From Psammoneis japonica (lineage: Eukaryota), in contig QPGO01000073.1 in assembly GCA_008632985.1 (NCBI GenBank), forward strand, positions 124,001 through 188,000: a stretch of 64,000 nucleotides of DNA, written 5' to 3'. Within the stretch, counting starts at the first letter, position 1, and each line of letters starts with the position of its first letter. The position numbers and the translations under genes are program-made. The notes beneath the pieces are model-generated. The model searched no databases, had not been told where the DNA came from, and saw nothing but the letters and a program-made list of their open reading frames with translations. Of the stretch, positions 1 through 12,129 are shown one piece after another.

Positions 1-1413
1 CGGAGGTTCATTCACGTTATCGGGTTTGATATCATTTTGTTCGTCGTGGGTCATTTTGTAAGTTCCCAAATTGACACCGGCCACTTCATAGTCAGTTTGA
101 GTGAACGTAGACCAGGCGAATGGATCGATTTGAGCCGAAATAACGTTGCGCATGGCCGTAATGAGTGTTGTATGATATTGATAGATCAAAGCACGCTCGT
201 GTTTGGGAAGATTGACCATGTAGCTGGAACCTGGTAAATACTCCAACAGTGCCTCAAGACGATCCAGTTCATCATGGAGTGGCTCGAGTGCTTTATCATT
301 ATGTGTTGGACGTCCAGGAGGCCACTCGACAATCAACGTACTCTCTTCGCCATCTGTTTCTTCTCCAGCTTCATGTAATTCAAACGAGATAGAGTGTGCC
401 AGTCCGTCTTCGTCTTCGACACGAAAATCAAATTGCTGTGGATATTCTTCGATAATTCCACCATCTTGGAAGAGCCGTGGCGTCCCAATGGGTTTTCCTA
501 ATCCCACACTGCCATGAATCGGTTCACCTTGTTGTATCGTTCGAGCGGCCACAATGATGATATCACTTCCTACCGCATACGTCTTCAACTGGGTATTGTA
601 GTGGGAACCACCCCGATGCGAATATAGATCAAAGAATGGCATCATGCACTCCTGAAAGGAATCTTGTGTCTGATCAGGTGTCTTGAAGCCATTACTACGA
701 TAACCTACAGTCAAAAGTGCCGCCTTTTTGCCCAGCTCATCACTCATACTGCCACCACACGCATTGACATACCAATCCAAACTGCCGCCGACATTCTGCG
801 TTGGAAGAAAATCACCAATCAATCGTTTCAGCAATTCTTGTCCAGATTCACTCCATCCATCCGGGAGAAGCATGGGTCGAGTATAAAAGTCCAGCAATCG
901 CAAATAGGGAGCATAGAAAGATGCAGAGGGGTCATTATAATATGACTCCAGTTCTCTCTTCAAGACGTGCACTGTTTCACACAAGTCCGTCTCTATGGGG
1001 TCCTTGGGTGAAATAATTAATTTCCAAGGCACGCGGACAAGTGTCGTACCGCCCGGAATAAGTGAACGTGCATAAACCTTTCGCGGAGACGTAATGTCCG
1101 TTGGGTCATCTCGGCGTATCTCCTGACGATCATCGACAGTTCCACCGTTATTACGAATCCACTCAATCAAATCAGCAATCAAGGTTGGTTCTTGTGTTAG
1201 TAATGATGATGAGCCAGCATCCTCCTCATTCTTGTATTCCCCCATAGTTCCATCGGAATTCACTTCCATGAAAGCATCTGGATTCTCTGGCGCTGCTTCC
1301 GTGACAGTCGTTGCCGCTGTATTAGTAGCCTCCGCATAACAATGGGACCCTATCAACAGCACCAGCATCAGCAGCACTGCTGCTGTTCCTGAGTGCTTGC
1401 AGTGAAGCAGCAT
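1..1413 (-). CDS. Signal-peptide-bearing SET-domain (Rubisco LSMT/SETD-like) protein, 3' end beyond the window start
   Basis: Not in the ORF track because there is no stop in the window. ATG at 1413 opens MLLHCKHSGTAAVLLMLVLLIGSHCYA (signal peptide), then LIEWIRNNGGTVDDRQEIRR..SPRKVYARSLIPGGTTLVRVPWKLII, FYAPYL, MPFFDLYSH and AARTIQQGEPI. These match pre-SET/SET motifs of diatom SET proteins. The frame is open to position 1. Confidence 0.75.
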   Translation of the reverse strand, partial: MLLHCKHSGTAAVLLMLVLLIGSHCYAEATNTAATTVTEAAPENPDAFMEVNSDGTMGEYKNEEDAGSSSLLTQEPTLIADLIEWIRNNGGTVDDRQEIRRDDPTDITSPRKVYARSLIPGGTTLVRVPWKLIISPKDPIETDLCETVHVLKRELESYYNDPSASFYAPYLRLLDFYTRPMLLPDGWSESGQELLKRLIGDFLPTQNVGGSLDWYVNACGGSMSDELGKKAALLTVGYRSNGFKTPDQTQDSFQECMMPFFDLYSHRGGSHYNTQLKTYAVGSDIIIVAARTIQQGEPIHGSVGLGKPIGTPRLFQDGGIIEEYPQQFDFRVEDEDGLAHSISFELHEAGEETDGEESTLIVEWPPGRPTHNDKALEPLHDELDRLEALLEYLPGSSYMVNLPKHERALIYQYHTTLITAMRNVISAQIDPFAWSTFTQTDYEVAGVNLGTYKMTHDEQNDIKPDNVNEPP

Positions 1414-2087
1414 GGTGATGGAAACGATATCGGTGTAAAGTGCACTTGTTTACGGATTCTAAACACAAAAGTGATGAGAAAAAAGAATTGAGAAGAGGTG
1501 AAATACAAGCACTTATTCTCTCGATAAGCAGTTCACCGCGGTCTGTTATCTCAAGAATAAGCACCAAATCAAGAACAAAGAACTATAACAACTCAGGTAC
1601 AAGACAAAATGTCCTCTGACACATAAAGCAAAGCTATAGGAATATATACTCAGCCAACTAACGACAACAGCCTAGACAAAAGTTTTACTTATTATTACTG
1701 ACGTCTCTTTTGTCATTATGATTGTCACAAGATTTATTATTTATGGGATGGTCGTGTTACCTTGAGAAAATACTTGTCTTCTTTTATTTCCCGCTTCTTT
1801 TTTCTAAGTATCGACTTTGCCTTCCATTTTCAATTTTGTCTGCGCATGTTGAACACGGCGCGCGAAAAAACGCGACGACTTCGCGCAGTACTTCGCACCT
1901 CGCACCCTGCATCCTTCGCATGTCGCATGCCTTCATGTTCTGCTTTTGAGCTTGGAGCGATGTAGATGTTCTGGGTTCACTTCACCTCCTATCTTTGTTC
2001 TCTCTCGCTTATCGCTGTGCAAGAGACCATTTTCATTATTTCCTTTGACCGTACCGTGCTTGATCGTTTCTCATTAAAGCGAGAAAC

Positions 2088-3251
2088 ATGAGTGGATTTG
2101 ATTTGAGCAAAGAGAGCTATGATATTGACTATGCTGAGGTGGCGCCCGGTGCCTACTCGGTATGCGAAAAGGATTTTCATCCCGCCGCTCTCGAGTTCTT
2201 TCCCTCGTGCAACAATCGTGCCTTTCTCTATAGAGTCAAGAAACAGGGTGGTAAAGATCACTTGATCATGAGCGGAATTCCGGGCAAGTCGTGTATTGAA
2301 CGGGTGCAAAAGCTTGAAGCAGACACCGGCCTCAAGCTTGAGTTGATTGTGGGCGGGGGCGACTTTCATCACGTAAGCACGTACCTATTGCAATCACTGC
2401 GACGAGATTATCGTTTCGCTGAAATAGCCATGTACTCATATTCTTTCCACGTACTACTCTCTTTGCAGATGTCAATAAAGTACTGGCTTGATGCTTATCC
2501 CTCCGTTACAATTCTGCATTCTAGTCTCAAGTTTCCAAACACACGCAATGGGAAAGAAATCCTTGCTAACCCCACCTACAAGAAACAGTTCAAATTGGCG
2601 GATAACGTGGACTTTCCCGAATTGGATCCATACAAGAATGTTGTTCGGTTCTTCACTTTTAATCAGTTCCGTAGCTACGAGGATAAGGACTACATGAGCA
2701 AAACGGTAGACGAGCCCACGAAAGAATCCACGTTGAAATTCATGTCCAAGTTTCCATCAGAAAAGTCAGTCGAACCCGTCTTGCTCGTTTGGCACTACCA
2801 CGTTCCATCCAAGCAACTTGTATACGATCACAATTTCTTGTTTCACTTTACCCCAGACGAGCACGCCAACCTTCCCTTTATGCTTCGCATGCTCATGCCT
2901 AAAGAAGCCTGTGGATCGGCCGCAAAAGAACAGTTTCCTCATGGTCCAACGACACGAGACGGCTGTCGGCTGCATTGTGAACAAATGGCCAAGATACTAG
3001 AGATGGATGTGAGGGCGCTTACCGATTATCATGCCAAGGCGGGAGTGCAAGTCAAAACGTGGACTAGTAAAGAGCACTTTCAAGAGGATTTTACAAAAAT
3101 CTTAAAAGTAACTGGTGAACATGATCCTACAGGAGAGGCAATGTACGAACTAATGAAGCCCAAAGACAATTTCACAATGATTGCCGCCGCATCGGTTGCT
3201 GCGGTTGCTGCTGCGGGTGCAGCATGGTTTCTTCGCAACAGTGCTCGTTAA
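2088..3251 (+). CDS. DUF4336/metallo-beta-lactamase-fold-like protein with C-terminal membrane anchor; one intron at 2373-2468
   Basis: Long ORF. Removing the GTAAGC...TTGCAG intron (96 nt, in frame) gives GGGDFHHMSIKYWLDAYP, resembling the DUF4336 FHH..W..AYP motif. Hydrophobic tail AAASVAAVAAAGAAWFL. Confidence 0.6.
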   Translation: MSGFDLSKESYDIDYAEVAPGAYSVCEKDFHPAALEFFPSCNNRAFLYRVKKQGGKDHLIMSGIPGKSCIERVQKLEADTGLKLELIVGGGDFHHVSTYLLQSLRRDYRFAEIAMYSYSFHVLLSLQMSIKYWLDAYPSVTILHSSLKFPNTRNGKEILANPTYKKQFKLADNVDFPELDPYKNVVRFFTFNQFRSYEDKDYMSKTVDEPTKESTLKFMSKFPSEKSVEPVLLVWHYHVPSKQLVYDHNFLFHFTPDEHANLPFMLRMLMPKEACGSAAKEQFPHGPTTRDGCRLHCEQMAKILEMDVRALTDYHAKAGVQVKTWTSKEHFQEDFTKILKVTGEHDPTGEAMYELMKPKDNFTMIAAASVAAVAAAGAAWFLRNSAR

Positions 3252-4189
3252 AGCCAATCTTGTAGGTACTTGTAGAAGTATGATGTATGATGTTGTGGGG
3301 ATACACTCAACCGGTGTGGTAACTGAAAGGCTCTATAGTCTATTCCCATTTTTGTTCATCTCTTCACAACTTAGATTGGCTTGGATGAGTGTGGGGACGA
3401 TGTATGCAATCAATCGTAAGACAAGGGTGGAATTCAATCGACACTATGCGCTTTCCTTATTATATCTTTCACGTTCATCATGATGTAAGGCAGCGAGTAG
3501 TTTGAAGTTTCGTTGCGCCCCATGGATCTATGTTTCAGGAGCACGTCAGAATCGTTTCCTCTAACGGCAAGACGTCTCTTGCAAAACTACCTGTACGGTT
3601 GGCTAGCTGCTCCACCCACAACCATTTAATCGCTTTGAAGGGGTGCTCTTTCCGCCTGATGATCCTGAGAATGCTTGGTTAATGATCTTGAAATCGCCCG
3701 CAACGGCGGTTGGGGGGTTCCTGACACACGTCAAAGCGCCATTGTTCATTCGAGGTCACGACTCAAACCAAGACTCAGCGCTCTCGCGCGACACTCAGTC
3801 TAGTCAGTAAACTCTCCTCGCAAAACATTCTTCACAAAATAGATTAATACCGCACGTTCTAACTTTTCTTTAACACCTACTTGGCGCCATCTGGCATATC
3901 AACAAGTCCAATCTTGAGCAACTGAGTATACAGACACATAAAAAACAGGGCACAAACAAAGAAAAAGAGACAGCAAAAAGCGAATACCACGAGAAGGTAG
4001 GTACGGTAGCGATTTGAGGATGCACTCTAGTTGTTAGATTCGCGTGATCCCTCATGGGCTGCATATTCAGGTTAACCCTGAGCAAGTTCTTGCATCGTAC
4101 CTTGCCAACCTGTATCATACCGCACTTTATGACTTTCGAGAACACCAAGCCCAACTTAATTGCCTCTTGCATAATCTTTACAGAGTAAC

Positions 4190-6871
4190 ATGAAACTTGA
4201 CTGTCGAATATTGGTCATGCTCGGAGGGGCATACTTCCTCACGAATGTATCAGCTGGGCCCCATTTTCCTGTCTGGTCCGAAGTGGATGACCACACTGCA
4301 AGCACCGCGCGGGCGGAGCAAAAGAAGAAGCAGAGAGTCAAAATCAACCACGATCTCTTTGCCTCGGCTCTGGAGGACACACAACACCAAGACCATGTGC
4401 CACTTTCGTTTCTGGTGCACGGCAAGGAGTTGGTGTGCAATATGAGGCAATCGGCCTTACTCTCGCCCGAACTTGCAACGAAGTACAAGGAAATCAAGGC
4501 TTTGACCGGAGCCTGCGATGACGGTGGCTCATCTGTCTCACTTGTGTACAACATTGTGAATAGAGGCTCACTCTCCACCACGCTTGTTATCGGAGGAAGG
4601 CTCTATTATGTCGACCACGAAGACGAGGAGCGCGATCTGGACACATACTCCCTTTTCAAGTTACGTGACATGGACAACGAGAAGAGACACTTTAATGAGA
4701 CTGGGGCTGTAGCGCACGCGAAGATTCGCCACGGACATCTTCGCGCCGGGAGAGAACAACTGCAGAAAGGCTACATATTCCGCATGGCAATTCTTACAAC
4801 TGAGGAGTTTTCGGCTTTGCTTGGTACTACTCGTAGCCAAGTACTTACGGGAATTGCCGCACTCTTGGCCCGAGTCAATGGAATCTATCTTCGTGAGGTA
4901 GCCGTCATGTTTCAACTCATCCCAAACACTGATGACCTCATCTGTCTCGGAGAAGACGACTGCAAGAACTGGGAGAACGACAACGGTGGAGCATTTTTGA
5001 ATGCTGTTACTGGCTATATGAACGGCAGGGGTGTTTCACCTTCGCAGTACGACATCGGCCATGGATTAACTGGAATTAGCGGGAACGCGGGTAATGCTCT
5101 AGGACAACTATGCACCTCTGACAAGGCGAAAGGAGTGACAGGCGGCCCGAACCCAATAGACGATTATTTCTTCGTTGATTTCGTTGCCCATGAAATTGGG
5201 CATCAATTAGGCGCCGATCATACATTCAGGGACTGTCCCACAGACAAACCTGCACATAATCCACCCACAGCGATCGAGCCAGGAAGTGGTACTTCAATCA
5301 TGAGTTATGCAGGCGGTTGTGAAACAGCGGTTCAGGCGCGGTCAGACCCGTTTTTCAACTCCATGACTCTAGTCCACATGCGTGACTTCATTGAAGAAAA
5401 AGCTCCAACCTGTGGAGTAAATTTCCTTATGGAAAACGAGGTGAAACTTGTGAAACCTGTCGTAGTTAGTACTCCAACATGCAAAGTTCCAAAGGGAAAT
5501 TATGTACAGCTTGGAGGGCACGTTACCAATATTGCTGATATGAAGTCGGATGTCTTCTATGCTTGGGACCGAGTTGACCCCGGACTGGCGAGCTTTTCTG
5601 ACAGGAATGTTCCGCGCTTTGTTCCCCATGAACCCACGAGACGGTCTCCACTCCGTTTCCTTCCCAACATGTATCTTCTAAGCTTTGGCCTCGTCGATAG
5701 GCAGCTCGAGGAGATTCACCCTAGTGAATCGGTCGCAGGTGATGTTTCAATGGTTTTCCGATTCATTGCACGCACCCATTTCGACCTACACGCAACCGCG
5801 GACAACTTGGACTATGACATGGTTGGTGCATTTGGATACCATGATGTAGCTCTCACATACGACAGCTCAGTGTCTCCGCTCCGATTCACTACGCCCATTC
5901 ACGGTCCTCTCTTGAGCTCTACGGAATACACTTTGACGTGGTCCGGAGGCAGTGATCTAACGTCGCAAGTCGAAATGCTTTTCGCAATCAACACCATGTT
6001 TGAAGTGTCTTACTTTGATTACGACAGCGATGTTTGGGATCTTGACTGGGTCAGCATGGGCGTGTTTGATAGCAGTCATGGATCCGGAACCGTCATGATC
6101 CCAGAGGTTGACAATCCCGACTCGCACCCTATTAATATCATGATCCGGTCGGTAGGCTCTTCTAGCGATTGCTACTTCTTTGATCTCATGCCTGGCCTCG
6201 TCTACACCCGCAGACCCGTGGCGCTGTGCCAGGATGTGATTGTTTCAGCCGACGAAACCTGCAGTGCCTGTGTCACGGCAGATCAAGTGTACAGTGGCCC
6301 GTTCGACCCCCAAGGCGGGGATTTCACTCTGATGAAATTTGATAGCAATTGCTTCTCAGGACTAGGCAGACATGATGTGACTTTGACGGCCACTGACAAT
6401 GTCGGAGTGACGACACATTGTTCTGCTGTTATTACTATTGTCGATGACACTCCGCCGGAGGCTATTTGCTTAGAAGGTTGCACCTCGGTCGGTGGCAAGA
6501 AACAATCCAAAACCGCAAAACAAAAAAAAGGGAAAAAGTGCGGGAAAAAGTCGAGTGGGAAAAAGGGTGGCCGCCCAAGTCGATATTATACGGTCGCAGG
6601 CTCTGACAACTGTCAACCGTCAACGCCGCCGACCATATCCCTCTTCGATTCTGGTTCTCCATCAGCGCATGAGTTCGTTGGACCTTTTAACGTTGACGGT
6701 ACGTTTATCAAGTACACCGATTCCCCAGATGAGCTTCCAGAGCAGCTACCTGGCAGTGAGGAGGTCGCCTGGTTGTTGAAAGGTGAAGGCGACTTGCACG
6801 TTCAAGTGACGGATGGAGCCGGTCTTGTGACGACGATAGATTGCCCTCCTGTAGTCCCGCCTGATTTATGA
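4190..6871 (+). CDS. Secreted M12B/reprolysin-like zinc metallopeptidase with C-terminal HYR-like region
   Basis: 893-aa intronless ORF with signal peptide, zinc-binding HEIGHQLGADH, Met-turn EPGSGTSIMSYAG, upstream LARVNGIYLREVAV, and a C-terminal ...VITIVDDTPP repeat-like segment. Confidence 0.88.
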   Translation: MKLDCRILVMLGGAYFLTNVSAGPHFPVWSEVDDHTASTARAEQKKKQRVKINHDLFASALEDTQHQDHVPLSFLVHGKELVCNMRQSALLSPELATKYKEIKALTGACDDGGSSVSLVYNIVNRGSLSTTLVIGGRLYYVDHEDEERDLDTYSLFKLRDMDNEKRHFNETGAVAHAKIRHGHLRAGREQLQKGYIFRMAILTTEEFSALLGTTRSQVLTGIAALLARVNGIYLREVAVMFQLIPNTDDLICLGEDDCKNWENDNGGAFLNAVTGYMNGRGVSPSQYDIGHGLTGISGNAGNALGQLCTSDKAKGVTGGPNPIDDYFFVDFVAHEIGHQLGADHTFRDCPTDKPAHNPPTAIEPGSGTSIMSYAGGCETAVQARSDPFFNSMTLVHMRDFIEEKAPTCGVNFLMENEVKLVKPVVVSTPTCKVPKGNYVQLGGHVTNIADMKSDVFYAWDRVDPGLASFSDRNVPRFVPHEPTRRSPLRFLPNMYLLSFGLVDRQLEEIHPSESVAGDVSMVFRFIARTHFDLHATADNLDYDMVGAFGYHDVALTYDSSVSPLRFTTPIHGPLLSSTEYTLTWSGGSDLTSQVEMLFAINTMFEVSYFDYDSDVWDLDWVSMGVFDSSHGSGTVMIPEVDNPDSHPINIMIRSVGSSSDCYFFDLMPGLVYTRRPVALCQDVIVSADETCSACVTADQVYSGPFDPQGGDFTLMKFDSNCFSGLGRHDVTLTATDNVGVTTHCSAVITIVDDTPPEAICLEGCTSVGGKKQSKTAKQKKGKKCGKKSSGKKGGRPSRYYTVAGSDNCQPSTPPTISLFDSGSPSAHEFVGPFNVDGTFIKYTDSPDELPEQLPGSEEVAWLLKGEGDLHVQVTDGAGLVTTIDCPPVVPPDL

Positions 6872-8026
6872 CGAGTCCCACGGCCACATCAAGCGCTTCA
6901 GCACGAGGTCTGATCATAGCATTTTAAGCTTACCCAATATCCCATATAAATTGTTTTTGCCTTGTCTTTGGTGTTTATGGTGGGGTTATAACTTGTAGCT
7001 GTTCCATATTGGTGGCGCCTGCATAGTTGAACGCCCTGTGAGAAACACAAATGTGAAGAATGGTGGCATGGGAGAGGCTGGTGGTTGTGCTATGGGAAGT
7101 GATGGTGGAGGGACAGAAGACGGATAAAAGTTCATCTTCGTGGTCTGAATCTCACCAACTCTCCCGTCCGCGGGCCTGCGACTCCATTGGCTTTCACCTG
7201 TGTGTGCTGCGGCGATGATATATTCCATGATCTGTGAGTGTCAAGTTTCTTGGAGCTCGCAGCACGCATCGGCCTGGGAAAGGTCACGGTCGTTTTCCTT
7301 GTCCTCAGATTCCGCGGTGGCAGCCTTGTACTTTTTCTTCTCACGAAGCTTTCAGACTTTGATTTCATACTTTTTCTCGTCGTCGGACGGGTCGTCTCAT
7401 TCCTGTTTCTCATAGTGTCCGGTCCGAATCCCACCAGGGCTTCTTCTGCGGCGTGTTGGTCCCTCAAATTTCTTTCCAATTGTTGACACCTCTCTCAGCA
7501 ACTGCTCGTGCTGAGCTTGCTCTTCTTCCCTCCATCTTGCAGCTTCTGACTCCTCTTCTATCGGTGCCGTGACAACAACACGCTGTCGGCGATCCCGCGT
7601 CGCTCTCGCGTCGCAGAGTCCAACGTCCTTTGTCCTTCTCGATGGGCTAAACTGACAGCGTTCTTTCTGCTTCCTCTGCACTACCATCACCCATATGTTG
7701 ATGGTTTGTTTATTACTCTACACAACAACAAGACGACGACACTGCACACGCTGCGGAATACAGTAAGCATCTCATCACCCTAATTCGGGATGGACGGACG
7801 GACGTGAATGGATTCGTTCGTGGCTGGGTCGTGCGCGTGACTGAAGCGCGACCACATTATATTATTATTATCTGTATTCTTGAGATAATATAAAAATAGC
7901 CGTTTCTTGCATACCGCACAAAAGTACCGTTTGATATTACCATAAATTGGCGATGGGAGTAGAAGGCTACTGGTAATGGAAGCTTCGTATCGTTTGTAAG
8001 CCACCGTCAATAGTTCTACAGGCACT

Positions 8027-10540
8027 ATGATACCTTGGGAGAAAGCAGATGAAAGCCTTAAGGCACAGTGGTGTGCGCTTCAAGAGGTGTTGATGAAGGA
8101 TGATGAGGTAGATGGAGGAACCACACTACGAGAAGAAGCCGTTCGAGCCATGGTGGAGAACACCAGTGACTTGACCCTCTTGGCACAAATTCTTGATGAG
8201 AATGATCAATCCCTTCTCTGCTGGTCACTCAAAGGAAATGCTGTCTTTGCAGCAGTCGTGGTGTTGCTCGTCGATGCATCTAACGAGGCACTTCACACCG
8301 CAAACAGTGACGGAAAAATACCCCTTCACATTGCCATCGAGCAAAAGGTCACGCTGGATGTTATTCAAGCCCTAGTAACTATGGATGTTGTCAATTTCCA
8401 GGAGAGAAGTTTCGTACCAGTCCAGACTTATTCCCAAGATTGTGCGTCTATGGAAGTTGTAGATATGTTGCATACAGCAACTTCCTCTGAAAGGATGCTT
8501 CACCGAACGATCCTTGAACAAGATATGAACGGTAGACTTCCCCTCCATACTGCTATTGAACAAGGAAGCTCTTTTGAGGTCGTCAAGCTGTTACTAGAGG
8601 CAGATAGCATGGGCCAAACCGTGCGCATACCTGACGATGACGGAAACCTGCCTTTGCACAGCGCCATTCGAATACGAGCTTCATCGGAGATTGTTCAGCT
8701 TCTCTTAGAAGCCGATCACAAGAAGAAGACTATAAGTCTACGCGTCCTTCGCCTATTAATCAAGCGTTATCCTCAGAAGCAAGATTGGTTTGACAAGTAC
8801 ATGGCTGAACCCCTGCTCCGATCTCTTTTGGAGAAACCTCAAGAAACTAGGCGACAACCGGAACGGTCCATGTACAGTCTTGGATTGAAGTCAACTTCGT
8901 TTGAATCGGAGGCAACGGGCTCGCCAGAGGATCCGGGGGTGCCCGTAGCGGTCTTTCCCATGCTTGCTAGATCTATTGCAAGATCGCGAGAGCTTCAACG
9001 GCTTGTGAATGAAAAATCTGCAGAACGAAAGGTCGTGGCTGTCTTTCTGGAAGACTTGTACGCAAACTGTTTTCTCATTGCCTTTTACTTAATATCTACA
9101 GACAACTTTCTCAACGCTCAAGATGGAGTCGACAAATACTTCGTAACACTATTCCTCTTGGTGGCATACTTTTTGTTTCGGGAGATCGTTCAAGTTACGT
9201 TTCACCAAGAGCAATACCTTTTTAACGCATGGAACTTCTTCGAGCTGGGAAGAATAGTGCTGGTATTAGCGTCGGCCATATACATGAGCGTACATCAACA
9301 AGCCCAAACAATTGATGTTGTGAATCCTGTGCCTCATGATGAGCCAGCTGGTACATCTTTGTTGGCATGGACCGGAGCCGTTGTATTTCTCGGCATGGTG
9401 TCATTCTTGAGAAGCACCGCTTTGTCCTTCTCATACTTTGTCAACGGAGTATTTGATGTAAGTCCGCACAGACGAGCTGATGCCCAGTCATTTCGATTGG
9501 TTCTTATCATTTTCCGTGCTTAAACAGATCTTTCTGAAGCTACTACCATTCTTTGTGGGAACAGCACTAGTACTTTGGACTTTTGCGTAAGTCTATCTGA
9601 AACGAAATCTTATGAATAATCTTGACAATGGAGACGAAACACCAACACATTTTTTCTTTTGTTTTCCCAATCCGTTGTCAAGCTACCTCTACTTTGTTGA
9701 TCGGTTCTATTTTGTGGAGATTGTTAATGGGACATGCGTCGAGAACACAGACGAAGATGTGCCTGCCAATTTCTGCACGCTCGGGTCTGCCTTTTACGCT
9801 GTTTATGGCTACATGATTGCAGGCCCTGAACAAACAACAACGGCATTAGATTTGATATTTGGGTTGGTGGTCGTCATCATACTTTTAAATGTTTGATAGC
9901 CATTGTTACCACCGCTTGGGAGAAGTCCTCTGAACACGTCGCTGACGATTTCTGGTTGCACCGGATAAGCTTTCTTTCTGAACAACGGCTTCTACTTGAG
10001 TCCATCGATAAGCTTGTAAGAAAAAGATGGCAAACAGTGTTGGATAAAATCGATACTTTTGGCGAAAAGCGTTTGTTTGATAAAATACCATGGGAAGAGA
10101 AGCCCTACCGCTTTGTTTGGATAAATCGAGAATACTATCATAACCCTGAAAGCTTGACGTTCGACTCTTCTTTGGACGACAAGGTTGTGAAAGAATGGCG
10201 TTTGAAACTGAAACGTCTTCGATCCTATGAAGCAGACATGAAGTTTGCTGGTTCTAGAAAAGAGCGGATGAACGTCATAGCAAACTGTTTCGGTTTCATT
10301 CTAACTTACTCTCTGATCCTATTTCCTCTCGGTATCGTCACGTTCGGCTACATGTGGCCAAGTCGCCTACGAATGTTCGTATTTGGAAATAGTGTCACGA
10401 AAGAAGTCTCCTACACGGTAAAGAGAGAGATCAAAGAGCTGAAAAGTGATATGGAGAAGGATCGCTTGGAACTGAAGGAAGAAATCCGTGAGATGCATGA
10501 GCTACTGGCTTCTCTCGTGAGCTCGAAAAATGCAACGTAA
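8027..10540 (+). CDS. Ankyrin-repeat, multi-TM ion-channel-like (TRP-like) protein; introns 9458-9527 and 9587-9682; one apparent 1-nt frameshift near 9893
   Basis: Ankyrin motifs (GKIPLHIAIE, GRLPLHTAIE, GNLPLHSAIR) and TM segments (YFLFREIVQ, NAWNFFEL). Spliced exon IFLKLLPFFVGTALVLWTFA. S6-like VVIILLNV-LIAIV is split by AAT GTT TGA TAG, which is one T short of NVLIA. Confidence 0.8.
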
Positions 10541-12129
10541 TCATATCGTGAGAAGGCGTACGGCATCGCAACGCTACCCCTCTAGTTCAATAGGATTACT
10601 AGTGGCACCCAATGTGGATGTCGTCTTTCCCATGTGCCCGCTGCAGTATCTTTATCGGCTTGCTCCTGGTGGGTGCGGAGTGGCATCCGTCGACGTATGC
10701 GCGGCACTGGTGAATCCTTTGGAAGTAGACCACCGGAGTTGATTTTAATCGAGAAGTACAAAGCTTTGTAGAGTTGGCAGACTGAGTGAGGCAACAACCA
10801 TTTTGTATGGATGCATCGGAACTGGGGTCATTTCCAATGACGAAAACACTGGTACTCTCACGGCAGCGATGTCGTCCGAGAACCTACCGACTGTTGACGC
10901 GGCTGCTCTCTCATTTTTGTACCTGTCGGGGGAATTCCTACATTGGATACATCGAGACGTACGGAAAATGCACGACAACCTCCAACAAAGTTCCAGTCCA
11001 CAACGTTGGCAATGAGTTAGCAGTGACGCTCAAACTCGTGCACAAGCGGGGATTTTTGGGGGCACTCAGGGGCGGGGGGTGGGGGGCTAATTTCACGAGC
11101 GTTTGCAATTGAACAACTTTGACATGGAGAGCAAAGCTCGGGATCCAATTTTTCATTACAAGGATTCTGCACTTGCATTGACTTTGTGAAGATTGGAAAG
11201 CATGCGCCACTTGAGACATGGGTAATTTCCACCAATGCGTTTTGGTTGCTTGTTACGGAATAAAGTGTCGGTCCATTCGGTTATTCATCAGCAGCTCGCC
11301 TTCACAACTATCTCATTCGCAATGGTGGGGATTGTAATCTTACAATTGGGCCACCAGGTACGACAAATGAAACCAACAATGTTGCAGAGGTGGCACCGTG
11401 TTGGTTCCTTCAATAGCATTTTTAACGCACATCCTTGACGAAGGCTATAGTGCCCGGTGGCTCGTCGTCGTTCTCTTAAAAAAGGGATAAGTTATCACGT
11501 TCCTCCATGATTTCATCTCGTTCCGATGGTCGTTTGATGGACTCGTGGTGCTGCTTTTGTTTGTTGGTAACGAATCTCTTGCGGATGGTTGCACAACAAC
11601 TTCATCCCACGGAATGTCATTGGTTCTACTCGTAGCATTGGACGACGATACAACCCGTAAGGTTTCTTTTGGCATGCTGCGTACTCGATGCGAGGCTCTA
11701 TAGGGTAGGTGTAGGCCCTGTATGGATACGCACCGCGACAACGTAAGATGACACATGATACATCTACTTTCTATTTTTCATGACATGGTGCACTAGCAAT
11801 ACCGGGCGAGTAGTGCCTCCGATCGAAAACTACTACTCGGAGTAGCTAGCTAGCTAGTAGTACTGTGGCGTCGCGAATGATTGTGGTCGGCACGACAAAT
11901 AAATGCGTCGCATGCACTGCACGCATAATAAGTACTGTTGTCACCATTAACAGAAAGAGCAAATGTCTCTATTGCCTAAAGTGTCCTATGCGCGACCTCA
12001 TAATTTTTAAAATGAATCCGGTCACAGAAAGCACATGATGAAGATAAGAACGATCGAATCTTCGTTGCACTGCACCGTACTAGCAACCCGGCGCTTCAAT
12101 CGATAGTCTGTGAAAAACAGCATCCGACC

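Noticed and set aside
6990..7720. Mildly TA-poor island with minus-strand ORFs
   Set aside because: TA and CG are still present, and I found no termini or recognisable motif. It cannot be called a gene or a mutated TE.
10580..11760. Short ORFs and a G-rich tract (~11067-11086) as a gene or MITE
   Set aside because: No consistent frame, TIR pair or TSD identified.
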